A stretch of DNA of 63,950 nucleotides, filler included, from Octopus bimaculoides (taxonomy: Eukaryota): assembly GCF_001194135.2 (NCBI RefSeq). It is 7 parts of 7 records of this genome, joined end to end, with 100 filler letters (N's around TTAATTAATTAA, not from the genome) between each part and the next. Parts side by side here need not be neighbours in the genome. Positions count along the whole stretch, not along the records: positions 49,468 to 55,497 come from NC_068992.1; positions 55,598 to 58,738 come from NW_026339252.1; positions 58,839 to 60,574 come from NW_026415896.1; positions 60,675 to 62,658 come from NW_026402404.1; positions 62,759 to 63,950 come from NC_068991.1; 2 more parts are not named here. The stretch is one strand, 5' to 3'. Under the pieces are notes generated by a model. The model saw only the letters and a list, made by a program, of their open reading frames with translations. It was not told where the DNA came from and ran no database searches. Positions 50,672-63,950 of the stretch are shown here, piece after piece. Each line of letters starts with the position of its first letter. The stretch's first letter is position 1. The position numbers and the translations under genes are program-made.

Positions 50672-52698
50672 NNNNNNNNNNNNNNNNNNNNNNNNNNNNN
50701 NNNNNNNNNNNNNNNNNNNNNNNNNNNNNNNNNNNNNNNNNNNNNNNNNNNNNNNNNNNNNNNNNNNNNNNNNNNNNNNNNNNNNNNNNNNNNNNNNNNN
50801 NNNNNNNNNNNNNNNNNNNNNNNNNNNNNNNNNNNNNNNNNNNNNNNNNNNNNNNNNNNNNNNNNNNNNNNNNNNNNNNNNNNNNNNNNNNNNNNNNNNN
50901 NNNNNNNNNNNNNNNNNNNNNNNNNNNNNNNNNNNNNNNNNNNNNNNNNNNNNNNNNNNNNNNNNNNNNNNNNNNNNNNNNNNNNNNNNNNNNNNNNNNN
51001 NNNNNNNNNNNNNNNNNNNNNNNNNNNNNNNNNNNNNNNNNNNNNNNNNNNNNNNNNNNNNNNNNNNNNNNNNNNNNNNNNNNNNNNNNNNNNNNNNNNN
51101 NNNNNNNNNNNNNNNNNNNNNNNNNNNNNNNNNNNNNNNNNNNNNNNNNNNNATATATATACATTCTGAGTTTGTTTTTTCACCATCAATCTGTTGTTTA
51201 TTTTGCCCCAAATCCCACTTTCTTCCTCAATCAGTTAATCGACCCCCAAATCATTGAAGATATTATAGATTATCCATCATCTCGTTTTCAACACTAAGGC
51301 TGAGACTTACAAACCATTCCAGAGGTGGATGGATTCCTCTGAGATATCTTGCTGTCATTGGTCGCTCGTGCTTCCCCTTTCTTTTTGGCTCGTCTCGACC
51401 TATTAGCATTTCTCTATATCTTCCATTTCTTCCCCGCCAGCTCAAGGCCTTGTGGTGGTGCTACCGGGTATCTTTATCTGCAATCTCGTGGCCTTCAACT
51501 CCTGAAAATAAAGATGAAGCACAATTTCTTTATTATTCACCACCTGTGACCTATCGAAACATCACCTTCTGAGATTTGCTGTTACTGCTACTACTTCCGC
51601 TATTTTCTGATTTTCCGACTTTTCCATGTAGAAAGCCCTCAAGAGTGTCTTCTTGTCACACGTACAGCAACTGGGATTTCTGCGCTACGCCACCAATTTA
51701 ATTGTTTCCTTGTCTGCGCTACTGGATGGCTTTATGATGTTCAAAGTCACCAGAACTTACATGTCTGTGCAGACCCTATTTATCTGCATGTTATTTCATG
51801 CCAATCCTGCACTCGCCATCGACCCATTTCTATGCCACATAAGAAACGACGAACAAAGAATCAACGTCACTACAATGCAGATTACTTGTGGTCGTCGCAA
51901 AATACCCTTGGTTGTGACCCCCAAGTATCTCGTCTTCTTCTATATTGCTGCTCCAGCCTGTGGAAAGATGTACGATGTACCAATTTCGACTGTTGACTCG
52001 GCTCTTTATCTGTTTTAAAATGTTACACATGCTCTCAAAGGTTCTGTCCCAGTCTGTGGAACACAGCTTACTATACACTATAAATGGCTCAAGGCTTCCT
52101 TCAACAGCCCCTTGAGGCCATATACTGAGCCCATCCAGTTATTCAGTGATTTTTTTTCAGCCCCCTTTTTGCGACACAGTTATGTTACTCTCCTCTTTGC
52201 CAGTTTCTTGATACATTCTAAAGACAGAAACGCTGTCTTTCGTAACATACCTTCCCAACGTGTTTTACTTTTCTTTTTCGGGAGCAGGTCTCCCTTATAA
52301 CCATTGCTAGCAAAATTGTTGTTACTTCTATTAACGTCGTTTGAAATATCGTTATTTCTAAAGTGTCTTCAATAACAGATATTTTCTTTATTTCACAACA
52401 TATTTCTGTACTATTGTTTTCACAATTTATTCTTTGAGGCCGGGGTACTAAACATAAAGGGAAAAGAGCCCAAAAGAAAACGAATGTTTTCAAAGATAGA
52501 AAATATGAAAACATCCCAGTAAAAATATCTATTTTTCCACCCTACGTTAAATGCGGTGGATACAAATGTTTTCTAAAACCACCTTTTGGTGAAATAATTT
52601 GAAAAAAGAAAAAAAAACATTTTTTTTTATTAAGTACTAGCGTGGCTAATCTAAATCTTCCATGGAGCTGTGTTTGACACGTCCGCTCACTTCAAAAC

Positions 52699-52738
<40 letters not shown>

Positions 52739-52748
52739 NNNNNNNNNN

Positions 52749-52790
<42 letters not shown>

Positions 52791-52791
<1 letters not shown>

Positions 52792-53290
52792 CTATATTTG
52801 CTCATAGATATGCCAATTCCTGCAATGCATCCTGCAAAAACATTTGGAAAGTTAAATACAAGGACATTGAAATTGAGGTCCCAAAAATGTGGTATCTAAG
52901 AACAACGTGTGGTTATCGGGACTTTAGGGGCAATACTAAGTGGCACCCTTAAACAATTTGGCCAAATACCAGGAAATCCAAAAAGTATCAGAACTACAAA
53001 AAAATTGTTCTTATGAGTATTGCCAATATCCTAAGAAACATTGTCAACTTGAAAATACTTGATTCCCTTAAAACTCTTTCAAAACTGAAATATTTCAAAT
53101 TTAACAAAATCTTAGTTTTCAGATTCTAACCCCTTTTTCTTGTAATATATCTTTGTTAATTATGATTAACACCCGTAGTAAAACGTCCAACTTGTTGTTA
53201 CTTGTGGTCTGTCGGTGAGACTCGGAACAACTCATATAAAACAAGGCAACAACTTCTGTTTATAACAATATATGCTAGCATACATACATA
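52791..53290 (+). mobile_element. RLE-type non-LTR retrotransposon 3' fragment
   Basis: LLIDMPIP...KYKDIEIEVPKMW...VIGTLGAI...QIPGNP...ELQKIVLMSIANILR across frames; begins immediately after a (TAA)n tract. Confidence 0.65.
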
Positions 53291-53602
53291 CATACATACA
53301 TACATTAAAAAAAGCATATGAAAGTATCAAAAAAATATTGGAAATATAAAAAAATGGTACTTATAGAAAATGAGAAAGGGTGGGAGGATGTTCAAGAATG
53401 TATTGAAAGATGTCAATATTTTTGAGTTTTAAATTGCACGAAATAATTAAATTAACGATTTATAATTAAATGAACATACAAACACACACACACACAATGT
53501 ATGCTAAACGAAGTATAATAATAACGAAGATGAAGTGTCTGTACAAGTTATTCTCACGAGTATATTACAATTCCAAATGTGTAATATACTATTGTCATTA
53601 TA

Positions 53603-53674
<72 letters not shown>

Positions 53675-53689
53675 GTACTAGTTTTACTA

Positions 53690-55100
53690 TTGCCGGCTAG
53701 TAGGATGGCTGAATCGTTAGAATGTTGGCTAAAACAGTCTGCTGTATTGTCACTGTTCACATTCCGGGTTCAACTCCTACGGTAGTCAATTCTGCTTCTC
53801 CTCCCCACGCCCAGGATAGATAAAGAAAAAATACTAGTCTTGTACTGGCAACAACAGTAATAACTAAATCTCTCTCACTCCCGTCCAAATGATGGAATAG
53901 TACCTAGATTCATTTCTACTATAGGCACAAGGCCTGAAATTTTGGGGAAGGGGACTGTCGATTACATTGAGTATTCAACTGGTACTAATTTTATCGACCC
54001 CGAAAGCATGAAAGGCGAAGTGGACTTCAATGTAATCCGAAATCAGAACATAAAGACGGATGAAATGGCGCTAAGCGTTTTGTCCGGCATGTTAACAATT
54101 CTACTAGCTCACCGCCTTCATTGTGCCTCAACTAAAAACCATTATCATTGGGTGGTAAGGTGATGAGCTTGCAGAGTCGTTAGCACGCCGGACAAGATTC
54201 TTAGTGGCATTTCGTCCGTCTTTACGTTCTGAGCTCAAATTGCGCTGAGGTCCATTTTGCCTTTCAACTTTTCGCGGTTTTTCAAATAACCACCAGTCGA
54301 GCACTGGGGTCGATGTAATCGACTTCACCCCTCCCCTCAAAACTTCAGGCCTTGCGTATATAGTTGGATGGATTACTACTCAGCAGTGATTGGCAGAGTT
54401 GTTCGAGGTCTGGATTCTATTGCATAGTACTTTTTACGGTTCTTTACATTCTGAGTTCAAATCCCTGCAAAGTCGACTTTGCCTTCCATGCTTCTACGGT
54501 CAAAGCGTTCAACCAAATTCTTTCGTCAATGCTTCTAGCTTTGTGTCATTTTTAGAGGCTATTAAAGAGAGGGACTTTGAAGATTTGACAGAGCGTCGGA
54601 CAAAATTCCTTGTAGTATTTGTTGTGACTCTTTACGTTCTGAGTACAAATCAGGGATCCTGGTTGGCCTAATTCTGTTCTGATTTATTATTTTAAAGACG
54701 TCCCTAAAAGCCCTGTTCAGATATCAAAAATCAAGTATAGTGTGCCAATATCTTTATGGTTTGTTCATAAAGATTATCTTACCTTTTCGTTCTTCCGACG
54801 TCGATAAAATAGTGCGCCAGTCAAGTACGTTGACCCCAGTGAAGTACTGGGGCCATTGCAATCAACTAAACCCCTCCCCTTCAAATTTCTGGCCTTGTAT
54901 TTATGTTTAAAGCTACTAGAGGGTGGTGGGTTGGCAGAATCGTCAGTGCGTCGAACCAAATTCCTTACGATATATTTTCAGATTTTTTCAAATTTTGAAT
55001 AAAAACTTTATAAAGGTCACCTTGCCCTTTTATCCTTTCGAGATCGATAAAACTAAGTACCAGTAAAGTACTACGATCGATTTTATTGTTAGAATGTTGG
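53690..55100. mobile_element. Dense cluster of family A SINE copies in both orientations
   Basis: Family A motifs on + (about 53690, 54155, 54385, 54580) and on - (about 53920-54120 and 54780-54960). Confidence 0.7.
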
Positions 55101-55337
55101 ACACAGGCCCTTCGTCTATATTACAAATAATAATTAATTATTAGTGTCTTAACCTATAGATTTCTACTTATCTAACTCTGCTCTGCACATTACAATTCAA
55201 TATTGCTACCGCTTACTCCGTTTGTAATCTAGAATTGTGTTCTAGAATTGTGCTACAAAACGTCCTGCGCTTGTTTGGCTGTCTCTCTTTATCTCTGTCT
55301 CTCCCTCTACCCATCCCTCTATCTATTTATCTATCAA

Positions 55338-55378
<41 letters not shown>

Positions 55379-56287
55379 ATCTCCTATTTCTGTATCTCCC
55401 TTCCTCTCTTCTCTCTCGTTCTCTATCTCTCATTCTCACCCATCCGTGTCTTTGTCATATTTTACATTATTTTTCTCAATTTACTTTTATTCTTTATNNN
55501 NNNNNNNNNNNNNNNNNNNNNNNNNNNNNNNNNNNNNNNNNTTAATTAATTAANNNNNNNNNNNNNNNNNNNNNNNNNNNNNNNNNNNNNNNNNNNNATA
55601 TATATATATATATATGTGTGTCTGTGTGTGTGTATATATATATGTGTGGGTATACACACACACACATATATACACATATATATATATAAAATAATGGAAA
55701 TTGGAGAGAAATGCTCAAGATGATATTTAAATCATTTATATCACCATATCACCGACATATGTTTCAATCAATACACACACACACACACACTTCCATATAT
55801 ATATATATATGATGTCTTTGTTATCAAATATGGCTTATATTGATAGCAGTGCAAGAAACTGATATTAACTGTAACAGACAAACTGAGGTTTGTTTGTGGT
55901 TTAAGCTTTTTTGTTTAGCTGTATTGATAGATGAGGTGATAGAGCGAGGTGAGATGGATATTTAGACAGAGATATGAAGAGGCAGATATATGGATGGAGA
56001 GATAAACATACAGAGATGGATAGATAGATAGATAGATAGATAGATTGATAAGTAAAGGAATAGCTGGAGAGATATACAAAGATGGATGGATACAGAGATA
56101 AACCAAAATTTAATTAATTAATTAACAAATGACTTCCGAGTGATCCATGCTGCTTGTTAATTTGTTTTTGTTGAATTATGTAGTGAGTGGCTTTGAACTT
56201 TTTAATGAAGTGTGCTTCAACTATCTGAAGGTTTACTACATCTTTGTTTTCCATTAAGATCTCTGTTGATAAGTTTCCTACTGCATA

Positions 56288-56707
56288 GGCGCGGGAGTGG
56301 CTGTGTGCTAAGTAGCTTGCTTACCAACCACATGGTTCCGGGTTCATTCCCACTGCGTGGCACCTTGGGCAAGTGTCTTCTACTATAGCCTCGGGCCGAC
56401 CAAAGCCTTGTGAATGGATTTGGTAGACGGAAACTGAAAGAAGCCCGTCGTATATATGTATATATGTATATATATGTATGTGTGAGTATACGTTTGTGTT
56501 TCTGTGTTTGTCTCCCCAGCATTGCTTGACAACCGATGGTGGTGTGTTTACGCCCCCCCGTAACTTAGCGGTTCGGCAAAAGAGACCGATAGAATAAGTA
56601 CTAGGCTTCCAAAGAATAAGTCCCGGGGTCGATTTGCTTGACTAAATGCGGTGCTCCAGCATGGCCGCAGTCAAATGACTGAAACAAGTAAAAGAGTAAA
56701 AGAGAGA
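56288..56707 (+). mobile_element. tRNA-derived SINE, family B, apparently full length
   Basis: Same head, body and tail as 2204-2825, without a gap. Confidence 0.9.
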
Positions 56708-57232
56708 GTATACTAAGTTTGTATTGAAACATTGCACTATGAGTAAATATGGCTTTGTTAAAAATTACTCTGAGATCTTACGCTAAAGTTGTAGAACTTG
56801 GTTCTACTAAATAACAACTTTGTTATTGGACAGGTATTATCTAATGGTAAAAACCTCACCCTAAACCCAAATCCTGAGTACTTACTATACTTTCTTATAC
56901 AGCTGTTTCCTCCTGTAGTATGGCTGATCAACATAGACTCAGTTTCCCTTCTTGTTCTTTCTCCTTTCATGTTCCCTTCTCTTTCTCTTTACCCCTACAT
57001 TCTTACTCTTTTCTTTTCCACTTCCTCTTTTCCATTACTGCTAACCTTGCTGTTGCTGCACTATTCACACAACTGATGTGTGAAGGCCATGTGGTCTATG
57101 ACTGCTACTGTTTTTGTTGTTGTTTCTATCTCTCGGTTTGGTGCTATAGACAGTTTGCTGAGGGCTATGTACTTTTTTGGCTCTGCACTACTGATTGTAT
57201 TGCACACTCATTTCACAAAGCATTGTCCAGAG

Positions 57233-57467
57233 CAGGGGTTTTCAAACTTTTTGACTTGCGGACCCCTTTATATTTCAGGCTTTACCTTAGGGACCCCCTT
57301 ATAAACGCTTATGAAATTTACACATAAATATTTGCTTCAAATAACATATATTTTTACATTTATTTATTTAACAGTATTTAACAAATAGATTTATTGTCAA
57401 TTAAAAGATTTCGATTAAAAGACATATATAAAATCAAATTGCCCATAAAAAGTATTTGCTGTCCACG
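57233..57467 (+). mobile_element. hAT/Charlie-like non-autonomous DNA transposon, truncated by a gap
   Basis: Begins CAGGGGTTTTCAAACTTTTT...GCGGACCCC, a terminus typical of hAT MITEs. Confidence 0.55.
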
Positions 57468-60350
57468 GNNNNNNNNNNNNNNNNNNNNNNNNNNNNNNNN
57501 NNNNNNNNNNNNNNNNNNNNNNNNNNNNNNNNNNNNNNNNNNNNNNNNNNNNNNNNNNNNNNNNNNNNNNNNNNNNNNNNNNNNNNNNNNNNNNNNNNNN
57601 NNNNNNNNNNNNNNNNNNNNNNNNNNNNNNNNNNNNNNNNNNNNNNNNNNNNNNNNNNNNNNNNNNNNNNNNNNNNNNNNNNNNNNNNNNNNNNNNNNNN
57701 NNNNNNNNNNNNNNNNNNNNNNNNNNNNNNNNNNNNNNNNNNNNNNNNNNNNNNNNNNNNNNNNNNNNNNNNNNNNNNNNNNNNNNNNNNNNNNNNNNNN
57801 NNNNNNNNNNNNNNNNNNNNNNNNNNNNNNNNNNNNNNNNNNNNNNNNNNNNNNNNNNNNNNNNNNNNNNNNNNNNNNNNNNNNNNNNNNNNNNNNNNNN
57901 NNNNNNNNNNNNNNNNNNNNNNNNNNNNNNNNNNNNNNNNNNNNNNNNNNNNNNNNNNNNNNNNNNNNNNNNNNNNNNNNNNNNNNNNNNNNNNNNNNNN
58001 NNNNNNNNNNNNNNNNNNNNNNNNNNNNNNNNNNNNNNNNNNNNNNNNNNNNNNNNNNNNNNNNNNNNNNNNNNNNNNNNNNNNNNNNNNNNNNNNNNNN
58101 NNNNNNNNNNNNNNNNATATATATTTATATACATATAGTATGCATGAACACATACATACGTGCATACATATACATACATACATACATACCCATACCCAAA
58201 CACAGATATGTATACAATTATATGAACTTTCAGGTTCATAAATCGAAAAAGATGTTTACTACAATTTAAATGATATTCTTTTTTTTTTCTTTTTATCATT
58301 TTTACAAAATATAAAACTCTGTTACATTAATGGTTTAGAATTGTATAAAATTACTCAGGTTTTTATGTTTGGTGTCAAAATTGCTGTAATCTTTTAAAGG
58401 AAAATATTTTTATATTTATGTAGTGCAAAAAAAATTAAGGGTTTCATTCCATTATCTTGTTTATTTATTTATTTTTTGTATTCAGTCTCTTCACATCTAT
58501 CTATCTATCTGCTCCCCTTCTCTCCTCTTCCTCTCTCTCTCTCTCTCTCTTCTCTCCCTCCCCCTCTCTATCTATTCACATCAATCTATTTATCTATATC
58601 TCTAAATCTATCATTATATCTTATTCCCACCTTCTCTATATTTCTTACTCTCCCCACTTTCGTCCTTACCAGTTCTCTCTGTATCGTCTGCTTTTCTATC
58701 TCACCTCTATCTATCTTTCTCCTCCCCCTCTTATCTCTNNNNNNNNNNNNNNNNNNNNNNNNNNNNNNNNNNNNNNNNNNNNTTAATTAATTAANNNNNN
58801 NNNNNNNNNNNNNNNNNNNNNNNNNNNNNNNNNNNNNNTTTGCCTTTCCTGCATATCAGATGTGATCCACAGAATATATCTGCCTGGAGTCAATGCATAA
58901 TCAATTTTTCCAAATCACCAGAGTAACTCGGGAATTACGAAAAGAAAGCTTTATATTACAAAGAGCGTATAAAACAAGGGTTACTTAAAAGTCTGCAAAT
59001 ATGCATGGATGTTTAGGACAACTCATGGAAATTTTTTGGAAGGGTAAAGAGTTAAACATTAACCAGAGTAAATTTAGTGTGACAGATTCTATATAGTGGT
59101 ATTTGACCGTTAAAAAATACCAAATTTCCCTAAAAATTATTACCTACAGTACTTAAAACATCACTACCTAAGACTATACTACATAGCTAAAAGTGAGAGG
59201 GTCATTTTTGGAATAATGCGCCTTCGATTAAAATAAAAAGAATTTTTTTTTTTTTTAAAAAGCAGTAATCGAAGAGAAATTAAAGCCAAAACTTCAACGC
59301 AAACTTTTACGTATGACGACGACGTCACACCACCACTACGACGTTGAGGACGACGTCACACCACCACTACGACGTTGACGACGACGATGAACGACGTAAG
59401 CGACAATGACTGTGATAATGATATTGATGATGATGGTGACGATGACGACGACTATGATGATAATGATGGCGTCGACGACGATGGCCGACGACGACAACGA
59501 TCACGATGATAATGATGATGATGATGATGATGATGATAATGACGATCAACAGAAGTGACTTATAAGACGAACATTTTATGAATCTTTTCATAGGCTTGAG
59601 TTAATTCTCATTAACCTCTTGACCAACTTCCCTACTTGTTTTTTTTTTTTTGTATGTCGAACCCCATCCACCATTTNNNNNNNNNNNNNNNNNNNNNNNN
59701 NNNNNNNNNNNNNNNNNNNNNNNNNNNNNNNNNNNNNNNNNNNNNNNNNNNNNNNNNNNNNNNNNNNNNNNNNNNNNNNNNNNNNNNNNNNNNNNNNNNN
59801 NNNNNNNNNNNNNNNNNNNNNNNNNNNNNNNNNNNNNNNNNNNNNNNNNNNNNNNNNNNNNNNNNNNNNNNNNNNNNNNNNNNNNNNNNNNNNNNNNNNN
59901 NNNNNNNNNNNNNNNNNNNNNNNNNNNNNNNNNNNNNNNNNNNNNNNNNNNNNNNNNNNNNNNNNNNNNNNNNNNNNNNNNNNNNNNNNNNNNNNNNNNN
60001 NNNNNNNNNNNNNNNNNNNNNNNNNNNNNNNNNNNNNNNNNNNNNNNNNNNNNNNNNNNNNNNNNNNNNNNNNNNNNNNNNNNNNNNNNNNNNNNNNNNN
60101 NNNNNNNNNNNNNNNNNNNNNNNNNNNNNNNNNNNNNNNNNNTCATTGCTCACATTCGCTAACGAACAATAATTAAACTTCATTACCTATTATATCTTTT
60201 TTTTTTATTCTTTTACTTGTTTTATTGGATTGTGGACATGCTGTGGGACTGCCTTATAGGATCGTAGTCGAACAAATCGGCCTCTAGACTTCTTCCACCG
60301 GACACTTTCTGCAAAACTGCCAGGTAACGGGGACGAGGACAATACAATAC

Positions 60351-60392
<42 letters not shown>

Positions 60393-60706
60393 GTAATGCC
60401 TTGATGCCTCGATATACGAGTTAATTCGTTGCCGGAGACCGCTCGCAAAGCGAAAATCATAAAGCAGAACAATAACTCCCTATATTAGCAATGTTATAAA
60501 TCGTAATTCGTTCCTAGAAAAATATTTTACTCTTTACTCTTTTACTCTTTTACTTGTTTCAGTCATTTGACTGCNNNNNNNNNNNNNNNNNNNNNNNNNN
60601 NNNNNNNNNNNNNNNNNNTTAATTAATTAANNNNNNNNNNNNNNNNNNNNNNNNNNNNNNNNNNNNNNNNNNNNATATATATGTATATATATATGTATGT
60701 ATATAT

Positions 60707-61260
60707 ATTTAAGGAACTGACCGAGACCTGTTGACTTCTGACCTAGACCTTTGGAAATATGCTGTGTGTGAGAAGACCCGGCAAGACAAGAGAGACCTAA
60801 ATCCAAGGCCTCTGCCAGGGGTGTAACCAGCCCACTTATGCGTACCTTTCCTACATTGGACACTAAACTCCGCTTGCGAAGACTTATTGGGGCCAGCGAA
60901 AGCGAAATCGGGATAGCACCTGTGCCTAGCGTCGCCTTTCTGGCACTTCTGCCCGTGACATGTGTAAGGATTTTCGAGCGAGTTCGTTGCCAGTATCGCT
61001 GGACTGGCTCCTGTGCAGGTGGCACATAAAATACACCATTTTGAGCGTGGCCGTTGCCAGTACCACTTGACTGGCTTTCATGCCGGTGGCACGTAAAATC
61101 ACCCACTAGACTCTCAAAGTGGTTGGTGTTAGGAAGGGCATCGAGCTGTAGTAACTCTGCCAAATCAGATTGGAGCCTGGTGTAGCCTTCTGGTTTCATC
61201 AGTCCTCAGTCAAATCATCCAACCCATGGACGTTAAACGATGATGATGATGATGATGATA
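60707..61260 (+). mobile_element. RTE-like LINE 3' end with long 3'UTR and (GAT)n tail
   Basis: LTSDLDLWKYAVCEKTRQDK resembles the RTE C-terminal DR..W...V motif; the 3'UTR ends ggacgttaaacgatgatgatg. Confidence 0.55.
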
Positions 61261-61559
61261 TACATATATATGTATAATTATATGTATTTATTCTATCCTA
61301 ATAAATAATAATTCTGATAGAATAAATGGGTTAATAGAAACCAAGGTAGCAAAGATCACAAAATAACTGTGGTGTAATTCCTGTTGGTGAGGCAGAAACT
61401 CCTTGATATTTTGCGTATTTGAGTATATTTAAAAATTTAAGGAATGGAGAAAACACATGTTATAACTGCATACTTTATTCTGACATATGTTTCGAAGAAT
61501 TACAATTTATGCGATCCATAAATATATATATATATTCATATATATATATATATATATAT

Positions 61560-62658
61560 ATTCATACCCATTGAAGTTTTCTCAAAAAAATATACCTAGC
61601 CCTGCACAGAAGCAATATCTTAAAAGTCTTATAGAGAAAACAGATGAGTTTGTTCGAAGATTGAGATGGAAAGCCTTCTTCTTTGACACTAAACAAAAAA
61701 CTAACGGAAACAAATACAGACTTAAATCTTCCAGGTATCCACCCCCTATTCTGGAATTAGAAGCCAGCGAAAAAGACCTTTTCGATCTTATTAGAAAAAA
61801 TAGATTCCGTAAATATACCAACCATCAACAGAGAGATATGAAAGAAAAAATCACTGAAATTAACAACTCGAATAAGATCTTCATTAATTCTGCCAAGACA
61901 AAAAACTTATATGCGGTTGATAAGGACGTTTACAAGCGTCTAATTTTGAATAGCATCACAGATACATACAAAAAAGATAACACAAATTTATACAAATAGA
62001 TGAACTTGGAGCCAAGAAGAAGAGCTAACAATCTTAAGATTAGTGATAGGACAGAATACCTTTCGCCCGACCTGGATAGAATACCTTTCCCCACGAGTCA
62101 ATTTTAATAGAAACCCCAAATGTAGATTGATTAATCCTGCAAAAACAGAAATTGGGATTATTTGCAAATACATTTTAGATCGCATTTTAACTAAGTCAGA
62201 TAGCAATTTAAATTTACGGATTTGGTAAAATAATAAGTCAGTAATAGATTGGTTTAAAGGGATTAGCCATAATCATAACTGCAAATTTACGCGGTTTGAT
62301 ATTGTTGATTTTTACCCATCAATATCCAGACCTTTGCTCCTGAAAGCATTAGAATTCACCAAACAGTATGTCAACATCGATAGCTCAGAAATAGATATTA
62401 TCATACATGCAAGAAAATCACTTCTTTTTTATGAGGAATCTACCTGGATTAAAAAGAGTGAGGATTCTCTTTTCGATGTCCCGATGGGGGCATACGACGG
62501 GACTGAGTTATGTACACTTATAGGAGCTTATATTTTGCACAGTCTGAAGCTAGAATTTCCGTTTATAGACGCAGGATAGTATAAGGATGACGGCCTTATA
62601 GTTACCCATAATTTAAACGGCCATGAATTAGATAAACTTAGGAAGGATATAATTGCTT
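61560..62658 (+). mobile_element. Penelope-like retroelement, N-terminal and RT domains (possibly Naiad-type), degraded and cut by a gap
   Basis: KNIPSP...LIEKTDEFVRRLRWKAFF; CRLINPAKTEIG; FDIVDFYPSIS; FDVPMGAYDGTELCTLIG; G*YKDDGL (RT YxDD). Contains TAG/TAA stops and a frameshift. Confidence 0.8.
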
Positions 62659-62758
62659 NNNNNNNNNNNNNNNNNNNNNNNNNNNNNNNNNNNNNNNNNN
62701 NNTTAATTAATTAANNNNNNNNNNNNNNNNNNNNNNNNNNNNNNNNNNNNNNNNNNNN

Positions 62759-62795
<37 letters not shown>

Positions 62796-63106
62796 CTCTC
62801 TCTCTCCCTTTCTCTCTCTCTCTACCTCTCTCTCCCTTTCTCTCTCTCTTTGCCTCCCCCCTCTCTCTCTCATTTGTACCCACATCATACATAGAATGTC
62901 TTTGCAAACATGATCGATGTGATTACAATCTTCAAGACAAGATAAAGAGAGAGAGAAAAAAGGACTGGAAAAGAAAAGAGAGAAAGAGAACAGCGGAGTG
63001 TGAGGCGGAGGGTGAGGTGGACAGGTAAAGGTATGCATGTATGTATGCGTGAGTGCGTGTGACCGTATGAATGTGTGTGTGTGTGTAGTCGTGTGTTATT
63101 GTGTCC

Positions 63107-63137
<31 letters not shown>

Positions 63138-63207
63138 TAGACAGACAGACAGGCAGACAGACATAGATAGATAGATAGAAATGAAAGCAAGAAACAAATA
63201 AAATAGG

Positions 63208-63313
<106 letters not shown>

Positions 63314-63489
63314 TGTGGTTGGGAAAGTGAGAAAAAGAGATGGGCAGGGGAAGGAAAACTTAAAGATTAGAGGGGGGAAAAAATCAATATTTGGGTTCTT
63401 GAAGTAGTTTCAATAATGCAGTCTAACTTACTGGAGGGAGGTGGAATAATTGAGGTGGGGGCGGGGTACTAGGGCATTGGCTTGAGGAG

Positions 63490-63790
63490 AACGATGATGA
63501 TGATGATGATGACGACGAAGAAGAGGAGGAGGAGGAGGAGGATGGTGATAGTGTTGATGATGATGGTGATGTTACTGATGATGATGATGATGTTGACGAC
63601 AACGACGACGACGACGATGATGATGATGATGATGGTGATGATGATGGTGATGGTGACGACGAAAACGAGGAGGAGGATAATGTTGATGACGATGGTGATG
63701 ATGTTACTGATGATGATGATGATGATGACGACGACGACGACGACGATGATTATGATGATGATAATGATGATGATGATGATGATGATGGTG
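63490..63790 (+). repeat. Degenerate (GAT/GAC/GAG)n tract with internal higher-order duplication
   Basis: The block gatgatggtgatgatgttactgatgatgatg recurs at about 63560 and 63690. Confidence 0.8.
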
Positions 63791-63950
63791 GTCTAGTTGT
63801 TATATTTTGATTTTTTTAAATTACTTTAATTATTGGATGGGATATTGTGTTTAGTGCCAAAATTTGGAATCAATATTCGGATTAAGAGAACCAGATACAT
63901 ACGTGCATGATGGCCGCTGCTCGTTCTCTTTCATTGCGATGCCTGTTGCA

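Noticed and set aside
51250-52300. Possible degraded retroelement ORF (minus-strand KKTRYLG-like word)
   Set aside because: No coherent RT or endonuclease motif series could be assembled by eye; it needs a translated search.
59314-59380. ~30-bp tandem duplication gacgacgtcacaccaccactacgacgttga
   Set aside because: Local slippage within a GAC/GAT low-complexity tract.
214-60183. Dozens of long ORFs of 100-410 aa containing X runs
   Set aside because: They span N-gaps; their length is an artefact of unknown bases not being read as stops.
61997-62580. Selenocysteine recoding in the Penelope-like ORF
   Set aside because: The interrupting stops in this copy are TAG/TAA, not TGA, and there is a frameshift; it is ordinary decay.

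Overview
This is AT-rich, microsatellite-saturated, gap-riddled eukaryotic draft-scaffold sequence. The SINE families and repeat landscape look like an octopus (coleoid cephalopod) genome; that assignment is inference. I can support one host protein-coding gene: a + strand copper/TPQ amine oxidase (AOC1/diamine-oxidase-like, with a likely N-terminal membrane anchor). It has a 2091-nt coding exon (30673-32763) and a 285-nt last exon (36831-37115), giving about 791 aa. All core catalytic residues are present, but several substrate-channel residues are atypical. The rest is transposon debris: tRNA-derived SINEs, RLE-type (R4/Dong-like), CR1-like and RTE-like LINE fragments, Penelope-like elements (RT and GIY-YIG pieces), a Chapaev3-like transposase remnant, foldback/MITE elements and simple repeats. 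The most notable non-coding signals are a near-complete type I hammerhead ribozyme fold at 22385-22445 and further degenerate hammerhead cores, one fused behind a tRNA-like head. Most ORFs in the supplied track are artefacts of N-gaps or microsatellites. I found no CRISPR array, rRNA or bona fide tRNA gene, and no clearly novel multi-gene system.
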